DNA of 64,000 nucleotides from Eledone cirrhosa. Taxonomy: Eukaryota. Numbering within the stretch: position 1 is the first letter of the stretch; each line of letters starts with the position of its first letter. The position numbers were made by a program, and so were the translations under genes. The DNA is taken from positions 343,294,001-343,358,000 of the forward strand of contig OZ024741.1 in the NCBI GenBank assembly GCA_964016885.1, in the 5' to 3' direction. Shown one piece after another: positions 1 to 14,444 of the stretch. The notes under the pieces were generated by a model that was given only the letters and a program-made list of their open reading frames with translations, did no database searches and had not been told where the DNA came from.

Positions 1-33
<33 letters not shown>

Positions 34-170
34 TAAATATATCTGTGTTTGTGTGTGTTTACATATTCGTATATAATCGATGAATAGTTTCGCAGTCGTC
101 GCAAACACCAGTTAATATATGGTGGTGTAAGCCGGGTTGCACACTCCATGTCTGTGTATGATGGAGTATA

Positions 171-203
<33 letters not shown>

Positions 204-668
204 TGCCCTCAGCCAACGGGACTATTGGTCTCAGGTGTGGTCGAACCACAGTGTCAAAAGATGGCAGTATTTCAAGCAATTCAACGAAACTACACACAGA
301 AGAGTGTCTCAATTAGGTGATGAGATACTGGGAAAGGTTGAAAGCTCTACTGTCTGAAACAGAACGGTAGTGACGCGCAATATATATATATATGGATGAT
401 CCTGGAACGACTAGCACCATAATTTAGCATTGAGAGCTAGATCGACCCTCGGACAGGAGGTCGCTATGTCTCTAAGTTTATTAATGAAGTAAAGATATAA
501 CAACCAACTATTCGTTTATAGCCTGTAATCTCTTCAAGCTTATTTCCCCAGAGCTAGTGGTCGGACCACTCTATATCTCATCATGCGTTGTGTAGATCTC
601 TGATTTATGATAATCGTCGCGGTCTTCGCACCGCAGACACTCCATGCATCATATATATGTATGTATGA

Positions 669-716
<48 letters not shown>

Positions 717-758
717 ATATATGAATGTATATATATATATATATATACATATATTCAT

Positions 759-804
<46 letters not shown>

Positions 805-809
805 ATATA

Positions 810-975
810 ACACTGTTGATTTAACACTTCATTGCTCGCAAGTGTTATTTAAGCTTCATATCATGTCTCCCTATTTTATCTGATGAGAACGCAATTACCA
901 TCCCATGATGATATTTGTTTTTGAAATGCGCATAATAAAACACATGGAACTCTTTTAACCATCTTTGATTTTATA
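810..975 (+). mobile_element. Family A 3' end only, with HHR at 874-940
   Basis: Homologous to 41320-41480. TTTTAT-CTGATGA...GAAA-TGCGCA-TA-ATAAAA. Microsatellite flanks. Confidence 0.8.
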
Positions 976-1189
976 TTATATATATATATATATATATATA
1001 AATAAAATTTTATCGTTCGACTTTCGTCAAATCGGACCGAGGAAACAATGTTTCCATCACTCTTTCCAATTACTAAAACTGTGTATCAGTCGCAACTCCA
1101 GATAAAAGGAGCAACGTGAAATAAAGTGTCTTGCTCAAAGACATAACGCGTCGTCCGGTCCAGGAATCGAACTGACAAGGGCGATGCGT

Positions 1190-1217
<28 letters not shown>

Positions 1218-1220
<3 letters not shown>

Positions 1221-1350
1221 ATAATAATAATAAATTTGAAGACTAAAATCCAAAGAGGGCTCGATAAGGATAAATATATATCAAATATATAAGAACCGTA
1301 GAGAAAATATTTATTAAAATAACAGATTAAATCTGTTATTTTAATAAATA
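1218..1350 (-). mobile_element. Minimal family F foldback (tail plus about 21-bp hairpin)
   Basis: Matches 38786-38895. Ends in TATTTATTAAAATAACAGATT/AATCTGTTATTTTAATAAATA. TA flanks. Confidence 0.75.
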
Positions 1351-1371
1351 TATATATATATATATATATTT

Positions 1372-1558
1372 GAAATATAGAATTGGCTTCTACAGGACTA
1401 AAACTATTTCATTCGAAGGAAATCATCCGGCTTTCCTGATAATTTCCTTCGAATGAAACACTTCTAGTCCTGTAGAAGCCATTTCTATATTAAAAATTTA
1501 TACTCAACTATGTATTGAGTACCTTACTATTGTGATTACCCCCGATTGAAACCGGGAT

Positions 1559-1563
<5 letters not shown>
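1372..1563 (+). mobile_element. Family B foldback with HHR-like core
   Basis: 1372-1430 is inverted relative to 1435-1492. Tail contains TTGAGTAC (1515-1522). Homologous to 13660-13789 and 6035-6117. Confidence 0.7.
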
Positions 1564-1653
<90 letters not shown>

Positions 1654-1758
1654 TTTTATTAACCGCCGAGGTTAACTTTGCCTTTCAGCCTCACGGGGTC
1701 GATAAAATAAAGTACCAGTAATGTACTGTGAATTGCTGGCCTTGTGCAAAAGTAGAAA

Positions 1759-1795
<37 letters not shown>

Positions 1796-1811
1796 ATTAT
1801 TATTATTATTA

Positions 1812-2293
1812 CTAGCAGAAAAACCAGCCTTCTGGTGGTTTTCTGCTAGCATGTGTAGTGTGTATATTGATATTATACGCAGGTATATATGCATGTAGAT
1901 ATGATCAAATAAAATCATAAAATCGTAATTGACAATATCCACAGAAATTGAACGAAGACTGCGTTACACTGTCTTATTTAATCAGTAACGTAATCCATGA
2001 TACATTAAAAAAGACGATATTATATATAAACTGCATTAGGAGAAAATTAGTGACAGAAAATTAGTATGTTTATTTAAGCGATGGCCAACCGGAAGTGTTA
2101 CATTTCAGAAATTTTAAAGAAGTGAATCTTTAAATACACAAAATATATTTAATGAACAGCCACGAAATTTAGTAGATAAATTATGAAATATTCATTCATT
2201 ATTTATTCAAATTAATCCAAATTATTTTACTAATGGGATAAAAAATTATAAACCGTACGCAGTCCCGCGCTCGTTACTTTATTATAGTTTAGA
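1812..2293 (-). mobile_element. Non-autonomous Helitron
   Basis: Minus strand: A|TCTAAACTATAATAAAG ... hairpin AAACCA..TGGTTT, CTGCTAG|T. Confidence 0.65.
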
Positions 2294-2759
2294 TTAACTA
2301 TTTTATCAGATGAGACGAGCTAGACGTTTCTGTAAAGATCGTTTAATTTCCTGAAACATTTGGTAATGGAATAATTATATTGTGTTGCTTATTAAATAAT
2401 TAAATAGCTCTGTACTATACAAAGAGCACTCTTTTTTCCTTTACCTTTTCTACGGAAATACTTAACACACACACACACACTCATATATATATATATATAT
2501 GTATATATATATGTATGAATATACACGTCCTAAACGTAACGACTTTTTCTTACTGTATTAAGCGTTAAACTAATATACTTTCTTGATTGTACATATGTAT
2601 ATAAGGTGTTTCCTTGTAAACAAAAGTTGCAGTGTAACTTGCAATGGTTCTGACAACACTCTTATAGGACATTTTATAAGCTTGATATCTTCCACAAGCA
2701 TTGTCTTCGCTCTATCTGTGATTATTTACTTTCTGGCAGAATCTCCGGTTCCGATTTCC

Positions 2760-3200
2760 TCAGGAGCTGCAACATTGGTGTCATTTCTGGAGTCATTACT
2801 GATGCAATCACAACTCAGATGGGCTGATCATATCCTGCAGATAACTGATGACGGCTTACCTAAGGTATTATTATATAGTCAATTTCATAATTGTTCACGT
2901 AATATAGGCAAACCATTACTCAGATATAAAAACGAATTGAGGTAAAATCTTAGATCTATGTACATATATCTTTCTACATTCGAAGCCCTAACAGCTGTCC
3001 GTGTAACATGGAGAACTGTCTGCTATGAAGGTATTAATCTCGTCCGGCCCATCTTCGTGATCTAAGATCAAACACCGAGATCGGATCAAATGTTCCATCA
3101 TATTCCGCTCAAAATCCTGTCATCTGCGCTGAATGCGGCTTGGTGTGTAAATCAGCATCTGGTCCAAAGTTCCATTTAAGTCATGACCATAAATATTGAA
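2760..3200 (+). mobile_element. Decayed RTE LINE C-terminus
   Basis: LESLLMQSQLRWADHILQITDDGLPKVLLYSQ...GKPLLRYKNEL. Confidence 0.75.
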
Positions 3201-3243
3201 CTGAGAAGAATTTTGAATCCCAATACACACACACACACACATG

Positions 3244-3317
<74 letters not shown>

Positions 3318-3322
<5 letters not shown>

Positions 3323-3539
3323 GGTAAACAGAAATAACAACACAATTGGTACAGTATATGGAAGGAAGATATTAGGTTAACGTTTGAAATAGCGGGAAGA
3401 GGGTCTTAACGTTTCGGACGCTAGTCCTTCATCAGAAGAAAGAATGAGAAATAAGATAGATTGAAGGTACGGGTGGGGTGGAATTGGAAAAAATGTATTT
3501 AGATACAAATAACAGGTCCATTCATGTTGACATCTCTTG

Positions 3540-3542
<3 letters not shown>
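3318..3542 (-). mobile_element. Family C 3' end with HHR at 3404-3439
   Basis: Near-identical to 46443-46662. TCTT-CTGATGA-AGGAC/GTCC-GAAACGTT-AAGA. The 3' end abuts (CA)n. Confidence 0.8.
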
Positions 3543-3573
<31 letters not shown>

Positions 3574-3578
3574 CGCGG

Positions 3579-4639
3579 CGGATATAGAGGTTATCTCCTT
3601 TGCCAAATTCCATGTGCGTATTTAGCTTGGGTTATGCCTTTGCATTCGTTTGGACAAAGCTCGTTGAAGAAGTAAATTTCCTGTCCCCTGGTATCTAGAA
3701 GTCTTATATATTTTTATGTGAGCTGATAGAGAACAGTTTAAGGATTTACAGAAACCCAAGAAGCTAGATTTAACATCTTTCTAGCGGGTCCGGGTATGCT
3801 TTTTACATTCATTTGATTTATTGATGTATTGATTTTTTATCTGAGTGTCCCGAATCTTCCAGATCGCTACTTTTCGATCGTACGGTTGATTATAGACTTG
3901 TTCTATGTGTGACGGTATTTTAACGATAGTTATAGCTCTGATTTATCTAAATTATGGAGCCCTCTGCCGCTGATATCGAATTTTGTTTATCGTGAACTCG
4001 TGCGCCGATTTTTCGATACTCGATTATTCTACTATATTTAGCTCTAGACCTAGCTATTGACCAGTTAATTTTATTGTTCATTTTTTGTCGATTCTATTAA
4101 ATGATGAATAGCTCCTGTTTATTTTAACATGTCTATTGAGCACTCTTATTCGATATGTGGATTTCCACATTTTCCCGAATATTTTTCGCGGATATAGAGG
4201 TTATCTCCCTTGCCGAATTCCATGTGCGTATTTAGCTTGGGTTATGCCTTTGCATTCGTTTGGACAAAGCTCGTTGAAGAAGTAAATTTCCTGTCCCCTG
4301 GTATCTAGAAGTCTTATATATTTTTATGTGAGCTGATAGAGAACAGTTTAAGGATTTACAGAAACCCAAGAAGCTAGATTTAACATCTTTCTAGCGGGTC
4401 CGGGTATGCTTTTTACATTCATTTGATTTATTGATTTATTGATTTTTTATCTGAGTGTCCCGAATCTTCCAGATCGCAACTTTTCGATCGTACCGTTGAT
4501 TATAGACTTGTTCTATGTGTGACGGTATTTTAACGATAGTTATAGCTCTGATTTATCTAAATTATGGAGCCCTCTGCCGCTCATATCGAATTTTGTTTAT
4601 CGTGAACTCGTGCGCCGATTTTTCGATACTCGATTATTC

Positions 4640-4647
<8 letters not shown>
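3579..4647. repeat. Partial tandem duplication (610-bp period, about 1.75 units) between (TA)n runs
   Basis: 3591-4036 is nearly identical to 4201-4646. Confidence 0.9.
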
Positions 4648-4673
<26 letters not shown>

Positions 4674-4944
4674 TGAGTGCGCTGAGATGCAGCCGGTCCT
4701 GGCATTGATAAATATGCTGGTTCCGTCAACATTATTATTATCTCTCAACTAGCAGAGTAATGAGAGTAAGTTAAACAACTTTTCACTTTTTTTATTGTGT
4801 TTTGTCTTGATATGCGGTCTAATTCCTGCTATTAATTGGGACCGATAAATAGTATTAACAATTGGAAAGACCAACGGATATGTTGTTTCCTCGGTCCGAT
4901 TTGACAAAAGTCGATCGACTATCGTCTATATAAATATATATATA

Positions 4945-5027
<83 letters not shown>

Positions 5028-5030
<3 letters not shown>

Positions 5031-5236
5031 GTATAATAAACAATACAATAAAATTACCTCATTACCAGAGGTTTCCCGAATAAAGCGAATACGAAAAACG
5101 TCCTCATTCGTTCATCGGACAAGGCAATGAGGTAATTATATTGTATTGTTTATTATACATTAAATTTTGCTCTGGTACTTACATAGAGCACTCTTCGCTC
5201 CTATGACGTTTTCAATTTTCAACAGAAACTTCAATA

Positions 5237-5239
<3 letters not shown>
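5028..5239 (+). mobile_element. Short family D foldback, HHR (CCGATGA core) in the inverted arm
   Basis: Homologous to both ends of 20710-22470. TA flanks. Confidence 0.8.
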
Positions 5240-5332
<93 letters not shown>

Positions 5333-6617
5333 AACGCGTGTTTCTATGTGGTATTTGTACTTACACTTACGTTCATTAACTATATCACTCCTATGGATTT
5401 CTGGAGGTTTCTCTCTGTATCATGTTTGTCAATGAATTAAACCTCTCAATGTTATCTTTTCTTCTGTCTCGTTTGCAAGTCTGGCTTTATTTGTTTTGTC
5501 TTTGACATGATATATAAGCTCAACGTTGGAATACAACGAAGCACTTGTTAAATTTCAATCAATGCACGGACTCTGGTTCAGGATTATTGTTCGGGTATAA
5601 TATAGCTACTTTCTCTTATAGCTAAATCTATTTAAACGTCTTGGGTATCGTCAATTTGTAACTTTTGAAGCCGGCAATCTATTAAACCTGCCAACGCCGT
5701 CATCAAATCTCACTGGATTAATACGCCGTATTTCGTCTTGAAATTATCAAAGAAATAAGTACAGCGAGATAATAACCTAATGTATTTCGACTACTACAAT
5801 TCCCCTTTCTCCAGACAAGTCATATATTGATTTAGACCTTCAATCTCCGGAATTCAAGTAATTGGCTCAAAATCGCATGTGCGTAAGATAAATAAATATT
5901 TGTTCCGGTTCGTACAACTTGGAAGTCCTCATCGTTCTTATCTTTGTTGTGGTTAAAACTGTTTAAACTTCGTATGCTACTGTGGTGCATTTAAGCCTCC
6001 ACCAAGGGCCACGCCTCCATATATATATATATATAAGTTTATCCCGGGTTCAATCGGTGGTAACCACAGAGTATAAGCAGAGTATAAATATTTAATATAG
6101 AAATGGCTTCTACAGGATCGATCGACTTTCGTCAAATCGGACAGAAGAAAAAATGTTTTCGTCGGTCTTTCCAGTTGCAACTCCAGGTAGAAGGAGAAAC
6201 GTGAAATAAAGTGTCTTGCTCAAGGACATAGCGCATCGCTCGGTTCAGGAATCGAACTCACAACCTCAAGATAGTGAATCCAATTCTCTGACCAGTCAGC
6301 CACGCGCATTCATTTGGTTCTTATATATTTGATATACATTTATCCTTATCGAGCCCTCTTTGGATTTTAGTCTTCAATTTTATTATTATTACTATATATA
6401 GATATATATGTATATATATATGTGTGTGTATGTGTGTGTGTGTATGTATGTGTGTGTGTGTGCAAGTGTGTATGTGTGTGTTGAAAGAACAAAGATACAT
6501 GAAAAACAGGGAAACGAAAATCAGAATAAAATATGTTGATGATTTGAAATAAGTCCTTTGTCGGAAAGAAAATATAAACAGCGATGGACTAAAAAACAGA
6601 AGAGAAAGAGTGAAGGG

Positions 6618-6660
<43 letters not shown>

Positions 6661-6884
6661 GTGGGTAAGAGAGAGAGAGAGGGAGAGGGGGAGAGAGAGG
6701 GACATTGGCAGCATTTGTTGTTACAGTAGCGCCATTTTAAAAGTGATCATTTTCGAAAGCGAGAAGTTTTTGGTTCTTTCAGCATCGAAGGTGGTGCATT
6801 AATATGTGTATGCTTGTTTGTGTGTGCGCGTTTGTGTGCGCGTTTGTGTGTGTGTGTTGTGTGTGTGTGTGTATGTGTGTGTCT

Positions 6885-6933
<49 letters not shown>

Positions 6934-7971
6934 ATTATGTGCGTTATTATCGTGTGAGTTCGTGTGTGTATGCATATTTGTGTGTGTAATTATGGACGCT
7001 ATAATCGTGTCTATGTGTGTAATTATGCACATTATTACCATGTGTGTGTGTGTGTATGTATATGCATGTATGTGTGTAATTTTGTGCATTATTATCATGT
7101 GTTTGTGATTCTATGTGGGTGCGTCTGTTGCAGTAATGTGAAAGATGTTGTGTGGGTGTAATTACTCTGTGTTGTGTGTGCGATATGTTTCCCTGTAGTG
7201 TATGGTGTATCAGTTTGTACAGTGAATTTGTATGTGGAATATGTGTATGTGTACGTGTGTGAGCATGTATATGTGTCCGTTATCCAAAAGTTATATATAT
7301 GTGCTAATATTTTATGATGTGTGGCATATGCTATTTTCATGTTGTGTGTGTGATCGAATGAGTGCTGGGTAGTAGATACCCGGATGAGGCTGTAAGATTC
7401 TAGAACATGTAATCTATGTCTGTCGGAGAAATATAGCATTCTATTACTGTATTATTAAAATTTAAAGAATACTGTTATTTAGTATTGATTTTATATCTCA
7501 TTGCTAGACGTTGCTCCTTCAATTCGGGAAAAGTACATTGACGTTTGTACATGGACGTTTCACAAGACTTTCCAGTCTTATTTAGATGATATTACTCTAG
7601 TGGAATTTGACATTGCTATTTATAATTCCTGACAAAATCATGCGATTATTCTCGTCTTAGTAAATAATTTTTTATTGTCGGACTTTAGACTTGAATGTCG
7701 TTAAGGTTTCGGTTGTATTTCGCCCTCTTCAGCATGCTTATATTTACCGAAATAAAGATGAGAAAATCACCAAAATTAAAGTAATACAATGCGCACTGAC
7801 TGTCATAGAAAAATAGAATTCCTTAGAGAATATATTAACGAACAAGACAAACCTTGGTTTTACATTGTACCAACAATGTATATTATCTTACGTTTCCTTA
7901 AGTTAATTCCAGTTTGTCTCGTTATGTTTCCACGCAACTAGCGCAACTGTTGTCTAATGTTTTCCTTTAAC

Positions 7972-8280
7972 CCGTAACTCCCGGTGGAGTAGTAGGGGCA
8001 TCGTAGTGAGATCCCAAACTCTCCCCACGTATGAACATAGTCAATTTCTTCCAAAGAAGGAGAGAGAGAGAAAGATAAAGTGGGGGGTAAAGAAGAAATG
8101 AGAAAGATATATAGAGGAAGAATCTAGCCCAGTACTGGACAGGTACTCTATTTATCCACCTCGAAAGGATAAAAGGCAAAGCTGACCTCGGTGGAATTTA
8201 AACTGAGAGTACAGCGAATTGGAATGAATACCACAACGCATTCTACCTGACGTTCTGACGGCTCTGTCAATTTACCGCCT
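7972..8280 (-). mobile_element. SINE subfamily with a longer 3' tail (CACTACG..CCTACGACTCC..GAGTTAC)
   Basis: The same head-plus-tail combination occurs at 28085-28410, 47420-47635 and 59975-60300. Confidence 0.65.
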
Positions 8281-8295
8281 TATATACTTAAGATA

Positions 8296-8467
8296 TACCG
8301 TATTTCGCGGCGTCGAAGACGCTACTTTTTTCCTAAAATAAGTCTAAAAAATCTACCATGCGTCCTGGAAGCCAAAGGTTGTTTATTATTTTTTTTCTAT
8401 TTTATGGTTGTCAAAATTAGGATATGTCCTCGAGGACGAAGCGTCTTTGGTGCCGGGAAATACGGTA
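8296..8467. mobile_element. Pogo/Tigger-type MITE
   Basis: TA-CCGTATTTCGCGGCG...AAGACGCT / AGCGTCTTTGGTGCCGGGAAATACGG-TA. Confidence 0.75.
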
Positions 8468-9313
8468 TGTAATATAATTGTTTCTACGTTAGGCACAAGG
8501 CCAGCAATTAACCAGTGTATTACTGGTACTTTATTTTATCGACCCCGTAAGGATGAAAGGCAAAGTTAACCTCGGCGGGATTTGAACTCAGAATGGCAAA
8601 TAATGGTTTCTGATTTAGGCATAAGGCCAACAATTGTGGGGGAAAGGGGATAGTCGATCAAATCTAACCCAGTGCATTACTGGTACTATATTTTCTTTTA
8701 TCGACCCAGTAAGGATGAAAGCAAAGTTAATCTCTGCGGGATTTCAACTCAGAACGTAAAGGGCTATAACTCTATGTCAATAAGCATGTTGTTCGACGCT
8801 CTACCGATTCTGCCAATCCACCAATGTCTTGAAAGTTTATTTTTTTGTGGAGTAAGATGTATGACCAGCCGGCAAGAAAGTGTGCTACATCTACGTCCAT
8901 TGTAACAGCTAAACTGAAGAAATGTATAAAGTTGATGTTTGCTTCTGAATTTTGTAAATTACATTAGTCATCTATAGTTTATTATCAGCGGCTTGCAGGC
9001 TTGTCGTTATTTGTTTATGAGATTTGAATTTTTATGTGTTTTAGTGTTACTTCATTGTCGTGTGTAATGTATGTTGAGTTATCTTTGATGATGTTTGTGT
9101 TTTTATGTTGTTATCATGTTAAAATATTCTATAACCAGGAAGAATAATGCAGTGTATGTGTGCTTTATTATTTATTTTATTATCTTTTTACTGGGTTTTA
9201 TGTAAATTGTATTTATTGCTTTTGAAAAATATTTCATGAAAAATGTATAAATTGGAACAAAGTCATGTTTTCCATAACAGAGGCATAGACATACCCACAC
9301 ATACCACCACATT

Positions 9314-9404
<91 letters not shown>

Positions 9405-9464
9405 ATTCAAAATTTCTTTCTTTCTAGTTACACGAATTTCATGCAGGCATTGGGTACATGTGGT

Positions 9465-9612
<148 letters not shown>

Positions 9613-9629
9613 CGCTTTTGAGCGCTACT

Positions 9630-9965
9630 GGTAACATATAACCCAGTACAACAGACAAGTACATATTGAGCAGAGACAGCCGAGGCACGGGTATCGCCAC
9701 CACTGTTAATGGCAAGGATGTAATGTATGTAAACTCCTGTACTTATTTCAACAACAAGGTGAACTTCCCTGCATCCCTGGCTGATGAGATCGTTAATTGC
9801 AACTTTAAAGCAATTGACGTCTTTGTCAAACTAGATTATCGTATATCGGATGTCAGGAGTATATCTCAGAAATCAATGGATATAATTTATTGTGCAGTGG
9901 TAGTGACAACACTATGTATGGCTGTGAGTCGTGGACACTCAATATTACCCACATTTATGCAAAAG
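9630..9965 (+). mobile_element. Decayed RTE LINE RT thumb fragment
   Basis: SLADEI..KA...F.KL..RI...RSI.....IYCAVVVTTL, then a frameshifted LYGCESWT. Confidence 0.65.
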
Positions 9966-10049
9966 TGAAGGCGTGTGGCTGTGTGGTTAGAGAATTGGAT
10001 TCACAATCTTGAGGTGACGAGTTCGATTGGTTGCTCCTTCATTACTTTT

Positions 10050-10300
10050 ATTGGTTGATGAGGCGCGTTTTGCCACTGATCAGCTCAAGGTTCGATTTGT
10101 ATTGATCTATCCCGACTCTGTAACCCGCGACTCGTCAGACCTCTTATAATGGTAATGGAAAAATGAATATACATGCCGTATGAGAAAGTCTGATGTTCCT
10201 ATGGTGGTCAGTGAAGTTTGTCTTGATTGGTGGGTTAATTCAGAGGGATTTTTTTGCCTGTAGTATATGTGTATGTGTGTTGGTGGGGGTGATAAGTTGG
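10050..10300 (-). pseudogene. Very decayed Neptune-like GIY-YIG remnant
   Basis: FTDHHRNIRL resembles FTEHLRDIRL at 34840-34870. Confidence 0.4.
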
Positions 10301-10818
10301 TGGTGCCGGGCGTAGGTTGAAGGTGATGGCGGTGTAGGGGTGCTGGTTGTCGCTAGACAGTTTGCCATGTAGATGTGTGTGATGTGGGTGTGGTGCTGCT
10401 GCGCTTTATGATACTGGATGAAAGGTTGCGGTGTTTAGGGTGGGGTGAAATGCGTGGTAGTGGATTGTTAAGAGGGCTCATGTTATAAGGAGTTAATGTT
10501 CAGAGTGTATGTAGAAGCATATAGATACATATATACACGCAGCCACACAGACATATTGTATACATACACATGTGCATATATATAGCCCGTGGGGAAGGCG
10601 ATTGCACAAACACTGGCTAACGGAGAGAGGGTGACTAGCAGAGAGGGAGTGAGTGAAAGTAAGAGGAAGTGAGAAAGAGATAGTTATAGTGGCAGGCTAG
10701 CATAGAGAATGTGACTAGCAGAGGGGGTGAGCGAAAGTAAGAGGGAGAAAGAGAGAGAAGGGGGAGAGATGATAGCAAAAAGAGAACAGAAAAGACGGGT
10801 CACAGTTGATATGGACAA

Positions 10819-11311
10819 TATATGAATAAAATGGCGGGCTGTGTGGTTGCATTTAAGTATAATGAAAATAAAAATTTACGAGCAAAAGAGGGTCATATCC
10901 ATCATCAGTTGTCTGCTAACAATCACACCCTCTCCGCTAGCTCACTTCCTCACTCGTCCGCCACTGCAAGCAGTCTCTTTTCTCGTTCACACTGCTACAG
11001 TGAAGACGTGTCTGTTCTCTCGTCACACTTGCCAGGACTTATGTCCGAAAAAAGTTTGCTGACTTGATATTTTTCCTCTCTTTACGTTGCTTCACCATGT
11101 CTGTTTACGTTTTTTTCTCTCTCCCCCTTTTATCCCAATAACTTATTTTAGTTATTGATCGCACTAGGTTGAAATATATTGTCTCTAATGCGAAGAAATA
11201 TTTATGATTCCTAGCAGACAACTGATGATAGATATTACCCTCTTTCGCCCGTAACTGTTTATTTTCATTATGCTTAAATGAAACCACACAGCCCGCCATT
11301 TTATTCATATA
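10819..11311. repeat. TA-flanked element with about 105-bp diverged terminal inverted repeats
   Basis: 10819-10925 is inverted relative to 11204-11311. Confidence 0.7.
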
Positions 11312-11592
11312 TACATGTATATATATGTATGTATATGTATGTGTATATATCTGTATATATCTGTATGTATATGTATATATATGTGTATATATATGTATAT
11401 GTATATATATATATGTATAAACATATATATATGTACATATATGTATATATATATATATATATACTTAGGGTAAATATTGATGCAATTCAATTCAAGCACT
11501 CAACGTACTTATTCCACATAGGAGTGACGGAGTAAATATCGAATAAGGAAAAGCGAAGTAGTTTCAGATGTTCAAGTCCTTTAATAATAATT

Positions 11593-11776
11593 GTTTTTAC
11601 GTTAGGCACAAGGCCAGCAAATACCCAGTGCATTACTGGTCCTTTATTTTATCGACCCCGTAAGGATGAAAGGCAAAGTTAACCTTTGCGGGATTTGAAC
11701 TCAGAATGGCAAGGGCCGTAACTCTATACGTCAAACATGGCGTCCGACCCTCTACCAATACTGCCAATCCACCGCC
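11593..11776 (-). mobile_element. SINE with about 18-bp TSD
   Basis: AAGTC(C/T)TTTAATAATAAT at about 11575-11592 and 11777-11794. Confidence 0.8.
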
Positions 11777-12546
11777 AAGTCTTTTAATAATAATGCTATG
11801 ATATATATTTCAATGGCGACTCTGGCCACACTGTTCTGTGTGCGAGTGTCGCGACATCGTCAGAGAGCTTGTTACATAATAAGGTTATGTTTCCGAGGCA
11901 ATCCAAATTGAATCGACATGGGAACGGACGAAGTGTGTGCTTTTGTGTTCTTCTTCCGTTCCCCTGTGAGTAGCAATTCACCCCCACCGGTCTGCGCAGG
12001 CGCATGTCCGAAAGAAGTTGACCATTAACTACCGCAGATTTCAACGAAATTCGCTTAGTCAGTTCCCCTCTCAGCCAAACAATGACCCATTCAGGCCTGT
12101 ACCATAGTTTACTGCTACCCATCCCGTCTGTGGCAGTCAGCCGAAAGAGAGTGTTAGTATTTACAGGTCACAATACTATCTCTCACCAAGCATCGACAGT
12201 ACAACTGACCATCAACCCCTAAGAGAAAATATACTTAATTCTAGGTGTCATGGTTTTACATTGGAAGTTATGAGTGAGAGTTGGAAATAAAAATTAAAAT
12301 TTAAAGTCGAAAATCCTAAATCAGATATCAGAAATTATAAATTAAAAAAATTTTCAACTGAGAATCCGGATTGAGGTGAGTAAAAAAAACATATAGATTG
12401 GAGTGAGTAAATAATATGCAGAGAGATGTTTAAGTAAGAAGTTCTGAAAGGGGTCCTTTTGTTAGCAATATTAAGTTCTCGACCCTTTTGTATATCTCCA
12501 ATTCTATTTATGGGAACAGCTAGATGGTGTAAAACGGAGTAAACAG

Positions 12547-13401
12547 AAAGATCCGAAGGCATGGTATAAATTTCCAATCATTTTAATCACGACACATGTT
12601 TCAATAAGGGATAGATCGATCGTGTGGTCATGATCGATTATCACTGATCACATCAGGTGAATAATGATATGTCTTCAAAACTGATAAGAGGGAGGAAAGA
12701 CTAACGATGTTCACTCACTAGAGTTTTGTTCCCCATATGAAGATTCAGCAACCAAAACACGCCAACTGCTATCGACTTCAGTCAGGATCATAAATCAATC
12801 AAGTCTCTATCTTTCAATAGCTGTATAAGACACTGGACGGGTCTAATCTCAACATCAAACCTATAGAATTTCGGTCGGTCACAATTAGTGTTAGTGAGTA
12901 CACACACACTCACACACTCCGACGCGAGGTCAGAGAAAGAATATACACACCAACATAGTATGCACTGAAAGTTAGGTTACAAAACAACAAATGTTATATT
13001 GGTCAAATCTCAATTTTAACGATGTAAATTAGAAAAAAATTGGGTCAACCACAACCCTATACACATGCAAGTAAATTCCGTGCAACGTTCTGCTGAGATT
13101 AGACCTGTCCAGTGTCTTTTACAGCTATTGAGAGATAGAGATTTGATAGATTTATGATCCTGACTGAAGTCGATAACAGTTGGCGTGTTTTGGTTGCTGA
13201 TTATTCATTATGGGGAACAAAACTCTAGTGAGTGAACATCGTTATTTTATCCTCCCTCATATCAAAGTTTTGAAGACATTTCATTATTCACCTGATGAGG
13301 TCAGTGATAATCGATCATGACCACACGGTCGATTTATTCCTTATTGAAACATGTGTCGTGATTAAAATGATTGGAAATTTATACCATGCCTTCGGATCTT
13401 T
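12547..13401. mobile_element. Family E foldback: about 305-bp arms, HHR at 13288-13361
   Basis: 12547-12852 is inverted relative to 13093-13401. TCAC-CTGATGA-long stem II-GAAACATGTGTC-GTGA. Confidence 0.75.
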
Positions 13402-13429
13402 ATTTTGATATATATATATATATATATAG

Positions 13430-14444
<1,015 letters not shown>

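Noticed and set aside
9965-10030. tRNA gene
   Set aside because: A/B-box-like head of the CORE-like SINE (matches 6240-6312 reversed). No full cloverleaf.
11220-11295. CTGATGA...GAAAC as an HHR
   Set aside because: No stem III/NUH or stem I could be formed, and the other arm lacks GAAA.
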